A stretch of DNA of 64,000 nt from the NCBI RefSeq assembly GCF_036321535.1, contig NC_087437.1, positions 15,874,001 to 15,938,000 on the forward strand, written 5' to 3'. The notes under the pieces were generated by a model, which saw only the letters and a program-made list of their open reading frames with translations, was not told the origin of the DNA and ran no database searches. Within the stretch, counting starts at the first letter, position 1. Each line of letters opens with the position of its first letter. The translations under genes and the position numbers were made by a program. The DNA comes from Camelus dromedarius (taxonomy: Eukaryota). Positions 26,270 through 36,823 of this stretch are shown one piece after another.

Positions 26270-26440
26270 TATGTGCCTGATCACATTTAATCCTCACGAC
26301 TGTCTGGTGAGGTAGGGTTTCTGGGTATCCCTCTGGTAGAGGAGGAAACCGAGGTTCAGGGATGTTGAAAGAAAGACATGACCGTGTCACACGGCTGGGT
26401 CTGGCTGACTCCGTGGTCTGTGAATTGAACTCCTGGGCTA
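26270..26440 (-). mobile_element. MIR fragment
   Basis: catttaatcctcacgac…gaggaggaaaccgaggttcagg MIR core. Confidence 0.65.
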
Positions 26441-27643
26441 AGCCAGGGGTCACCACGACCTCCAGGGCTCAGGATCAGGGAGGGTGACCCCAGTGCTTCT
26501 TAATCCAAACCCTTTGTTAGTCAGCGCAAACCCCTCCTTCCAAGCAATCTGGATCTATTAGGCTTGGGGCCTTTTCTCTCACTCCCAGTTCCACACAGCA
26601 TTTCTGACGTTTTTCCACCATCCAAGTTGCCAGCAGGATTTTGCAGAGACCCTTAGAGACTGCACTGGGACCCAGTGAGTATGTTTTCCCTCCTCTTTCC
26701 ATGTTATCGTGTCCCTCCTCCTCCCCGGCTCTTATTCATCTCAGGGAGCAGGTGAGGAAAGACTGTAGAAAAGTTATCACTTTGGGCTTTTTGGAAGCTC
26801 TGGGCTCTCAGAAGCAGTGCCCACTCCCGGCCAGGCACCCAGCCTCTTGGCCCACGGTGTGGGCCGTGGTACCAAATAGGGGCCTCTGGTGTCCTCCCAG
26901 CCCAGCACAGCTGGGAGGTGAATTCAGCATGCTGGGAGGTGAGCTGGGGCTTGCAGCCCTCAGGGGAGCCCCTGAGCGAATGGCTGCCTTGCTTGGTCGC
27001 TGTACTAAATGGTCGATCCCTCTGGGCTTGTAGGAATTTATGCCCCGTGGACCACATTTTACATTTTAATTAGCCCTTGAGCTTGTCTAATATCGGAGGT
27101 CCTTCAGGCTTAGTTTACTGTCTCCTCATAAGCCGTGTCCTTGGGATCCAGGCCGGGCCGGTCGGTGGGATGGCTTCAGCCCAGTGTGGGCAGTCTGCTG
27201 CCGGGAAGGGTCTCTGGGCCCCTGTGGGCTCTGGGCAGTCGTGTGCTGCCCGGGGCCTCCGTGGACTTCTTGTTCGGAGAGCAGCCTGCTCTAACTGGGG
27301 GGCTGAAAGTGCGTCTTTGGGTTTCCTCTGACGGAGCAGTGCCAGGGGAGTTAGGGTCCCACGGGGCATGGTGGTGGTGACTGTTGGCAAGATAGTAGAT
27401 TCCTTCAAACTAAAGTCTGTGCCCGGATATGGACAGCTGAACGGGACCAGAGCCTGTGAGCTGTGTCCGGTTTTGTCTCCTTGTGGTCTGAGTGGTGGCT
27501 GTCAGGGATTGCCTGGTTGAGAGAAGAGGTGGAGGGGGGTCCCTACTGAAACCTGCCCAGAAGAAGCCTTGGAGGTTCTGGGAGGAGCCCTGGGGAGGGG
27601 ATGCCGGCTGTCTCAGTGGGTCTGCAAGGAGATCAAGTTCAGC

Positions 27644-27771
27644 TTTTTTTTTTTTTAATTGAAGTATAGTCAGTTTATGATGTTGTGTCAATTTCTGGTG
27701 TACAGCGTACTGTCTCAGTCATACATGTACATGCATATGTTCCTTTTCATATTCTTTTTCATTATAGATTA
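27644..27771 (-). mobile_element. Lineage-young L1 3' terminus (about 125 nt with poly-A)
   Basis: T13 then aattgaagtatagtcagttta…ctggtgtacagc; reverse complement of the L1 end at about 57570-57692. Confidence 0.9.
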
Positions 27772-27858
27772 TTATTTTTTAATGGAGGTACTGGGGATTG
27801 AACCCCTGACCTCGTGCATGCTAAGCACACGCTCTGCCACGGAGCTATACCCTCCCCC
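27772..27858 (-). mobile_element. tRNA-derived SINE, Vic-1-like
   Basis: Reverse complement reads ggggagggtatagctccgtggcagagcgtgtgcttagcatgcacgaggtcaggggttcaatccccagtacctccattaaaaa. Confidence 0.92.
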
Positions 27859-28439
27859 CCCCCCCCCGCTGCCCTGAGTTTAGTTTAGTCCCTATGTTCT
27901 GCTGACCCAAGGGCGGAGTTATTTATCTAAGGTGGAAAAGATGATTTTGACACTCTGATGCGTTAGCCAGAGGCGGATCCTGAGGTTCACATAACAGAGC
28001 TGCTGCCGCTGCGGATAGTAACAAGAATAATCGGTACCTAGTGAATGGTAGTTACGTGCAGGCACGGCCTGGATGATGTCTTATGTGATCTTTGAGTCCT
28101 TGTGACACCCTGCAGGGTAAACAGTATTCTGCAGATGAGGAAACCAAAGCTCAGAAAGGTGCGTGCGGTGGCAGATCTGTACTTGGCAGAGGTGGGGTCC
28201 TCCTGCCCCCGGCGACCTCTCCCGCCTCACCTCCTCCCAACTGCCCCCTGCGCTGTGCAATTTGGCAGCTACCCTGGCCTCCTGACTTTCTTGGCAACGT
28301 GCCAGGCACACTCTGGCTCCAGAGAGTTTGTTCTTGTTCCTGGAGCCTGGAATGCTCCTCTCCCATGTGCCCTTCAGTCTGATGGCTACTGAGTGTCATT
28401 CTGATCTTTGCCCAAAAGGAGACCTCTGACGACCCCACT

Positions 28440-28675
28440 GCCAGCTGTCACTCGTTAACCCCTTACCTGCTTCTCAGTAGTGTTTGATGCTGTCCGACTT
28501 TGTCTTACGCATTTGTTTGCATGCTCACCCTCTGGTTTGCTTTATTAGATTGTCAGGCCCTTGAGGGCAGGGACTTTGTCTCTTGGTCACTGCTGGGTCA
28601 CACCAACACCTAGACTACTACTGGGGGATGTAGCAGATGCTCAATTCTTCATTTTAAAAATGAGTTACATGAGCT
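28440..28675 (+). mobile_element. L2 3' end
   Basis: ttagattgtcaggcccttgagggcagggactttgtctcttggtcactgctg…tagcagatgctcaa. Confidence 0.7.
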
Positions 28676-29164
28676 GGGTTTGAAACAAATCAGAATAGCC
28701 TCTTCCTAGCCTCATAGAAGCTAAAAAGCCAATTACGATGATTTCTGTCCTCATCTTAAACAGCAGCGCCCAGAGGAAGTGCCCAGTTACTATGATGCTG
28801 CGCCATCGTAGCCCTCGGGCATTCTGGGAGGGGCAGGGTCGGCCCTGGGGTTGCAGCAGTCCCGGGAAGGGCCAGCGATCAAAAGTTTTTCCAGTGCCCC
28901 CTGCTTGGAAATCTCTTCAGAGGCACAAAGTAGAACCAGCTCACTCTTAACTTCATTTTTGATCAGGCCATGTAATTTCTTAGCTTACTCCATCATCTGA
29001 CTCATCAGATTGGGTTCCAGATGCCCTTTGCCTGTTTTCAAAATCCAGATCCACCCTTGGAGGAGAAAAAACGTGTTAGGGTTTCTGAAGGTTGTTCTAG
29101 AAGGTAGTGTAGATGGACCAGTGGATAGAGTTTGTGACAGTGGTTTTGAAGGAAAACTGTGTTT

Positions 29165-29202
29165 CACACACACACACGCACACACACACACACACACACA
29201 CA
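29165..29202. repeat. (CA)n microsatellite
   Basis: About 19 units with one CG interruption. Confidence 0.95.
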
Positions 29203-30769
29203 GGCACTCCGGCTGTTCCCGAGCATCAGACCTGCAGGCTCAGACTCCCACAGGCAAGTCTGAGAAACTGAGATGTTGGAGGAACCTATGGGCATCTTTA
29301 TCAAACATCAAAGTCCTGGTCTGAAAGCCTGAACAAGTACTTTCTAATGGGTGTCGTTATTTTCTTTATTATGTTTATCTCAAGGACAGGAGATCCACTG
29401 GCATCACTAATAATGCCCTTTCAAAGGCGGTTCATGTTCTGCTGGTTGTGCAAGGCTTCTTTCTTTGTCTTCTCCCAGGGACAAGTTAGCCTGGTGGCAC
29501 CTGCTGTAAGTCCCCAGCTAAGACCCAGGGACTGAGGAGGCAGAAAAGTTAAGGAGCAGACCAGGACCTTGCTCATTCCTTCAGTCTGTCACTGTTTATT
29601 GAGGGCTAGGTACTGGGAATATCAGGAGGTCCCCAACACAGCCTAGCCCCCTAAGAGGCAAATCTGGGGGGAGAAGGATTTGGGACACTGCAGCAGGACT
29701 GCAGAGAGCAAGATGGTAATTTCCAGGAAGGGGTCAGGAGGTGTCCCGCCAGCAGCTGGATAAATAAGTCTGGGCATCTTAGGGAGGTCTGGAATGTACC
29801 CCATGGTGGTTGCAGCCTTGTGTGTGGCTGAGATCACCCAGATAAAAAGTGAGAGGAGAGGGGGGTGAGGGTGGAGCCCTGAGAAACCTGTGGATTTCAC
29901 GGGTCCCAGACATCACTGAATAAAAACGTGGTCACATAATACCCACATTGCAAAGCTAAATGCGTGGAGTTATTTCTCTGTTGACATGAACTAATAAATT
30001 AGTCAAAACCCAATTCCCTGTCCTCAAGGAGCTCACAGCCTGGCAGTGGAAACAAAGCAATTAACGAATAGTTTGAAACAGTGTATTATCAAATGCTAAA
30101 TTGTGTGGAATGAGCTCAATCATGCTTTGAGCATCCGGGAAAGTGGTAGCTGAAAATTAACTGGGAAGATGTCATGGAGGAAATAAAACCTGAGCCCTGT
30201 GAAAGGAAGGGGCTGTGAAGAGAGCTGAGCTCTGCCACCCATCAGCTGCCTGACTCCAGGTCACTATTGAATGTCTCTGGGCCTCAGCGTGCCCGTTTGT
30301 CAACAAAAGATCTTGGTCGACACAACTCACTGTGGCTTCCAGCCAGATTATTGTTCTCTGGTTCCGTGTCTTAGAGGAGTTGAGTTGGGAGGATGAGGAG
30401 GTGGAAGAAAGGCATCTGGACATCATGGGGCAGAAATGGGTACCATCCCTGTGTGACGTGAGAGGACATGGTCTTGGCTTGAGCCCTGGCCATCTCTTGC
30501 CTGGTCTGCTCTCATTTCTTCTGACCAAACAGCAAGCCAGGGCATTAGTCCAGGCGTGAGGTCATGCCAATACCAGTGCGTGGCTGTGGAATGCAGGAAA
30601 GAGACCAGATAGGAACATTTTTCTGGAAGAAGGGGCAAATTGTGGTGACAAATTGGGGACGAAGTTGCCAGGGGCATACTGTTTGTGGATAAGAGAAATT
30701 GGGCCAGCATTGTTGGGTGTTGAGGTGTAGGCTGGAAACAGATAACAGATAACAAGGAGTGGTTTTCAA

Positions 30770-32210
30770 AAAAAGCTATATTGAGGCACAAGTTGCATGT
30801 CATAAAATGTACTCATTTTAAGTGCACAATCCAATGATTTTTAGTAAGTTGACAGAGTTGTGGAATCATCACCACCAACCCATTTTAGAACATTTCCATC
30901 ACCCGCCCCCAATTCATCATGTCCATTTGTAGTCACTCCCATTTCCAATACCGGGCTCAGGGAAATACAAACACTCTTCTGTCTGTAGATTTGCCTTTTC
31001 TGGACATTCCATGTCGGTGAACCATACAATATTTGATCTTTTGTGTTTGGCTTCTTTCACTGGGCGTCATGTTTTAGAGGTTCATCCATGTTGTTGCATG
31101 TACCAGGAATTCCTTCTCTTTTATTTCCAAATATTATTCCCTCATATGGCTACATCAAATCATTATGTCATGTTTTTCAACAGCTGCACATATTGTTTAT
31201 GTGCTCGCTGGTTGGTGGACATTAGCACAGGGTTCTAGTTGTCATATTCAGGTCCAGTGCAGAGCTCCAAGGAGTGCAGCCTACACCCAGACTGAGGATG
31301 GATCCCAGTTGCTGAGTCAAAGGGTGTATGAGGTTCTAATTTTGATAAATAACACCAACTTTTCCGTAAAGTTTGTACCAGTTTGCTCTTCATCCAGCTA
31401 TGTATCAGAATGTTTATCCCCCACACCCTCTCCGACACAGTGTGTTATCAAATTTTTGTCTAATGAAAAAAAATAAAAAAGTGTCACAATGCGTCTGATG
31501 ACCCTTTCAATTATAATGAGTGAAGTTTAGCATCTTTTCATATCTTTACACACTATATCTGTTTCTTTTTATTAAACAGTTTGTTAACATTCTTTGCCCA
31601 TTTTTCTATTTTATCATTGATGGATAGATCTTCTTTATAAATGAAGGGAAATTAACACTTTGTGATAACTTGCAAGTGGTCTTTTTCCCAGCATTCTTTC
31701 TTTTCTTTCTTTTTTCCTTTTGATTTTACTTAGTGGCTGTTTCTGTCTTGCCAATTAAGAAATATTGGATGGCGCTGAATTGATCAATCTGTTCTTTTAT
31801 GGCTTTTGAGTTTCATGTCATAATTACTATACATACATTGTCTCCATGGTTTCTTTTAGTATTTTTATGGTTTCATTTTTAATGTTTAAATCTTTGATTC
31901 ACTGGGAATTTATTCTGGAGTAAAGAAGGAAGAATGGATGCAAAGTTATGTTTATCTCCAGATGGCTATTCAGCTATTACAACAATTAAAAAAAAGAGAT
32001 TCACCTTTTCCTCCCTGATTTGAGTGGCATTATTTTAAATGTGGAGAGAAACTATTGATTTGACATCTAAAAGGTGCCACCAGTTATACTGAGACCAGTA
32101 GGCTTGGGAGTGCCCTCTTCTCTGCATTCTTACTGAGATTGGATATTTTATCTTTTTCATTTTTTGCCAATCTGATAAGCAAATCATAGCGTTTCGTTGT
32201 TTTAATGGGA
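30770..32210 (-). mobile_element. Old L1 cluster (L1MB-type 3' end at about 30770-31150 plus older L1M fragments)
   Basis: cataaaatgtactcattttaagtgcacaat…gatttgccttttctggacatt…ggttcatccatgttgttgcatg, followed by T-rich antisense L1 ORF2 remnants. Confidence 0.8.
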
Positions 32211-32639
32211 GGTGATAATTACAGGAAGGAACACAGGTGGCAGTGTGTCAAATGCCCAGAAGTAGAGGCTGAGAAGCTGCCACTGAACAGAGACCTTTAG
32301 GAAAAGGGCTTTGGGGTGGGCAGTGAGGGCACCTCGTGGGGACTGGAGCCAGCTCAGGTCTTGGTAAAAGAAATTGGGTCTGAACAGCAAAGGTGTGGTA
32401 TATCCAACATTGGTGAAACTCCCCTTTTTCAAGGATCTTGGAAGTGGTGTCCTTGGGAACATGGGATACCTCAAAGCGTGGTTGGGGAGGCAGGACAGAT
32501 GCATAGAAAAGTGTTAAGGGGACACGTGGCCCCTTGAGTCTGGTTACACCAGCCTCTCTCTGTCCCCCACCCTCTACTTAGCTTATTGAGGGCCTTGAGA
32601 TTCTACACCAAGATATATTTTCAGTTTCCACCGGTCTGG

Positions 32640-33280
32640 TCCACCCCACCATCATCTCTCACCTGGACCACAACAATGACATCCAGTTGACCCACTCATG
32701 CACTTATCCAACCCAGTACTCTACTTTGCATCTGAGAAATCTTTTAAAAACTCAGCTCTGATCACCTGTATTTGTCTCCCTAAAACTCATTAATGCCTTC
32801 TAGTTATCCTCAGGATGAAGTTTAAAGTTCTCAACCAGACTCATCCTCTCCCCAGTCTTCTTCTGGCCACCTCTGGCTTTTTATGACTCTTCATCACTCC
32901 ACGGTGTCAGGCCACTTTTCTCCACCCCAGGGCCTTTGCACTTGCTGTTTCAGGCTGGATGCTCTGCGCCTCTCTGCCCACAGCAGATGCACACTTCTCC
33001 TAGCTAATTTCTACCCACTCATCCCTCTCAGCTTGGAGGGTCTTATCTGACACACTTCTGTATATCAGGTGCACCCGCCTCCTTGGCATCATGAAATTTT
33101 CCCTCACAGCAGTTAGCACAATTGTAATAATTTAGTTAATTTAATTACTGTTTGTCTAATTTCTGTTTCTCTCACTGATTATCAGCTTCATAGTGCTGCA
33201 TCCCCTGTGGCTAATGGAATGCCTGGCAAAAGTTGGCATTCAGTAAATATCTTATTTTTCCCTGATGGATGAATGAGGTA
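32640..33280 (+). mobile_element. L2 3' region
   Basis: accatcatctctcacctggacc…cagggcctttgcacttgctgtt…ggcattcagtaaatat…ggatgaatga. Confidence 0.75.
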
Positions 33281-33649
33281 AAACTATAAAACGATGATGC
33301 TGATTCCAAGTGTCGTAAACAAATCTTCATGTCTGTCCCTTCCCACTGGAAGGCTATTCCACCCTCATCTCGATTTACCCAAATCTTCTCTTTCTTCAAG
33401 TCCCCTAATCCTAGTAGCCACTTGCTCAGAGAGCATCTGAACCTCCTCTAGCCCACTCTGATTGTCATCTTTCTAGCCCCTCCTGCACCTGCTGGCAGGA
33501 GAAGGAGAGAAGGAAAGAAAGAGACTCCACGATGGCCTTTTCCCAAACAGCGGGGAGTTACTTTCCTTTCTCTCAGTTTCTCTCCACTCTTCCCCGTGGA
33601 ACATACAGCTGTATTCTACCTAATTTGCTTTGATCGCTCCCTTAGGAAC

Positions 33650-33750
33650 TGTCATGGAATCAATTAGATCTGTAGAATTTTATGACTTGAGGTCACTCAG
33701 TATGATTCCTCATTTTACAGATGAGAAAACTGAGGCCCAGGAAGGTTAAT
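33650..33750 (-). mobile_element. MIR core
   Basis: cattttacagatgagaaaactgaggcccag. Confidence 0.75.
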
Positions 33751-36141
33751 GTTTGAAACAATTACCCCTGTTGGGTTTTATAAGACCAATCAGTGTCATT
33801 TTCTAAGATAAATGTCCTCAATATCCCAGCTCCGCAAGAGTGTAAATCCTCGTTCTGTCTATTAAAAGACACACTGGCGGTGACAGTTTCAGTGCTGTGG
33901 TGGGCCCCCAGGGGTGGGCTTCCTGTCTTGCTCCCACACAGCAGAGCTGCATTAGTTTTGAGGGAGTCCAGGTCCCCGCCCTAAATGGGGTCACGGGTTT
34001 CACTTGTGCCTTGACAAAGGAGCCCGACGTTCCTGCTGAGACCTTATACATCCCAATGAAACGATGGATCGTGAGACGGGCTGTGTTTAAACAATTGCAG
34101 AGCAGCAAAAGAAGCCTGTCCTTCCCTCAAAAGTCATGTAGGGTCAACTGGGAAAAATGTGATTTCAAAATAGCCCTGGGAAGGGAGAGAGGCCTGAAAC
34201 TTTGAACTAAAACAACTGTCAGCGATGACTTCTCCCTAATGTATTTGCTTTCTGGTTCCAAAAACCCAGGCAAGCAGAACATCACTTTAAGCAACATTTA
34301 AATAGAACATAACATCATCTCAGGAAGGAATAAAAAGTGGTTCCTCCACATCGAGAGGAATTAAGCAAAGTCCAGGTGAGGTGGGCCGTGTGCAGGGATC
34401 CTGGAAGAAGTCCATCAAGTGCTCCAGACTGGGGAGGGAACTGGCTCTCCTGAGAGTGCTGGGAGGGGCTGGGGGTTAAGGGCCATAGATAGGCTGCAGC
34501 TTAGGAGTCTAGTGAGGGGACCCGGAGCAGAAGTGGCCATGAGGTGACTGTACAGGCCTGGCTGGGCAGGGCCACCTCTGCATGCACCCATCTTTCATTT
34601 CCTCTGCACCATGCCTGGTCTTTGGAAGCCCCGGTACAAGTTTGAAGGACAGCCTTGCCTCCTCCCTCTTGCTCCTCCAGAAGGTTCATTCTGTGCAGGA
34701 AGACACAACAGTATATTTCCCATGCACACATGATTAGCTTTCAGCTGTTTTAATGAAGAATTCTAATTTGTCTATTTCAACTCCACACTGTGAATAATAA
34801 GCCATCAGCACAATATTTAAAGAAATGGTACTGTTTGATTTCTTTTGTCATCCCTTGTAAATCGTCAAGGATCTTAAGCTGTTTTCATGTTAGGAAGTTG
34901 AATTTCTTCTGCTCTTTATTTAATTCTTTAGCAAACACATTGGAACCTCCTGGGAGTACCCCCGGGTCTTGAGGTCAGGGTCCTGAGAGCTCCCCAAGAT
35001 GGGCAGCTGCTTCCTCTCCCAGCACAAGGAAGAAAGAATGATGCAGGAACTCTTCTTTGGTCCCTGCTCAGAGTGGCTCAGTTAAGGAAGCTGTGTCTTT
35101 TATGGGCCCCCTCCCCTTATTGCCGGTTACTGAAATAAGTTATGAGGTGAATTTCTTTGGCCATTCAAAGCACTTGTTTCTATCTCCTCTCTTCCTCGGC
35201 TCCTCTTATGGCCACGTGACCAGGGGTGAGTTGAATGATGTCTTTTCACCTGTAAATTGGGGTTGATAGTATCTAGTTCCACGGGGAACTGTCGGGAAGA
35301 TTGAGAGCGATCACTTAATAAATACATTGTGCCTCCTCTTCTTCCAGTCTACAGGACTGCTGAAAATGAGAGCTCTCTTTTCCAACATGAGTCACAATTG
35401 TCTCTGCCTTTTTAAGAAGCTTTCCTTACTCCCTAAGTAACACGGTCCAACATTCTCTTCCATCACATCTTTGCTTGAAATTTGCACACAGTGAAGCTTA
35501 ATTTGCTTCCTTCAGAATCTCTCTTAGCTACCTCTACTCTTACCAGTTTCACAGTCTAGCTCTTTCAAAGAGATGGATGAAACAAAAGTTTATGTGAATC
35601 TAAGTTTGTTGAACACTTATGAAAAGCTTTATATTCATATGCTTTTCAGAGATATAAAGGAGTTTCACCACAATAAAGCAATTAGGTTCAGAAAGGAGGA
35701 TTTCCAAGGTGGGGGTGTCATGTCCAAGGTGGGGGTGGTCAGACCCCTAATCCACAGACTGACTGTTGCGAGTAGAGTCTATGGCATTGAGGATGAAATT
35801 CCCTGCCGTCATGCAGGGCTAGGAGCTGCAGGTTGTCCCTGTGGTTGTAATGAGCCATTGTCACAACATGAGAGTTGTAGGCTGGATACAGGGAGGTTTT
35901 CTAGGGTGAAGTGTGTTATATTTTGGGATAGGTGACAGAGAAATCTTCTGAAGTCTGCATATAAGGAGATCTTTAGAAAGAAATGAGGATTAGGTGTGTT
36001 CATTTCTCAAGTCAAGCGGCTGGACTGGTGAGCTCATAAGGCCCCCTCCAGCTCCAGGCTTCTCCTCTGCTCTGCCAGTCCCGTCTTCTTACTCTCTATT
36101 TTGTGTTTTTCATGTGTGTGCCTGTGGCCTGCTTGGTCCAG

Positions 36142-36823
36142 TGGGAAGAAGTGAGCGGCTACGATGAAAACCTGAACACCATCCGCACCTACCAGGTGTG
36201 CAATGTTTTCGAGCCCAACCAGAACAACTGGCTGCTTACCACCTTCATCAACCGGCGGGGGGCCCACCGCATCTACACGGAGATGCGCTTCACGGTGAGA
36301 GACTGCAGCAGCCTCCCCAACGTCCCAGGCTCCTGCAAGGAGACCTTCAACTTGTACTACTACGAGACCGACTCCGTCATTGCCACCAAGAAGTCGGCCT
36401 TCTGGTCAGAGGCCCCCTACCTCAAAGTGGACACCATCGCTGCAGACGAGAGCTTCTCCCAGGTGGACTTCGGGGGCAGGTTGATGAAGGTCAACACCGA
36501 GGTCAGGAGCTTCGGGCCTCTTACACGGAATGGTTTTTACCTCGCTTTCCAGGATTATGGAGCCTGTATGTCTCTCCTTTCTGTCCGTGTCTTCTTCAAA
36601 AAGTGTCCCAGCATCGTGCAGAATTTTGCAGTGTTCCCAGAGACCATGACTGGGGCAGAGAGCACATCTCTGGTGATTGCTCGGGGCACGTGCATCCCCA
36701 ATGCGGAGGAAGTGGACGTACCCATCAAACTCTACTGCAACGGGGACGGGGAGTGGATGGTGCCCATCGGGCGCTGCACCTGCAGACCTGGTTACGAGGC
36801 CGAGAACAGCGTGGCCTGCAAGG
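36142..36823 (+). CDS. EPHB1: EPHB1 coding exon 3: ephrin ligand-binding domain and start of Cys-rich (sushi/EGF-like) region
   Basis: Acceptor ggtccag|TGGGAAGAA; donor AAGG|gtaagc; 682 nt. Encodes [45 protein letters not shown]…[20 protein letters not shown]…[16 protein letters not shown]…ENSVACK, which is diagnostic of EphB1. Confidence 0.98.

Larger units (their letters stand above)
13338..36141 (+). other. EPHB1: EPHB1 intron 2 (GT-AG, phase 0, 22,804 nt)
   Basis: Bounded by the exon 2 donor and exon 3 acceptor; splicing gives a continuous EphB1 frame. Confidence 0.93.

Noticed and set aside
27772..27858. tRNA gene calls here and at 11693 and 48008
   Set aside because: The tRNA-like heads run into A-rich tails (with TSDs at two of the three copies) and share a diverged consensus; these are SINEs.
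35573..35935. 120-aa ATG ORF upstream of exon 3
   Set aside because: No recognisable homology, poly-A/TSD or splice evidence for a retrogene or exon.
36103..36141. N-terminal [13 protein letters not shown] of the 289-aa ORF as an alternative start or signal peptide
   Set aside because: It is the pyrimidine-rich acceptor region; EphB1 homology begins exactly after the AG at 36141, and exon 2 supplies the upstream sequence.
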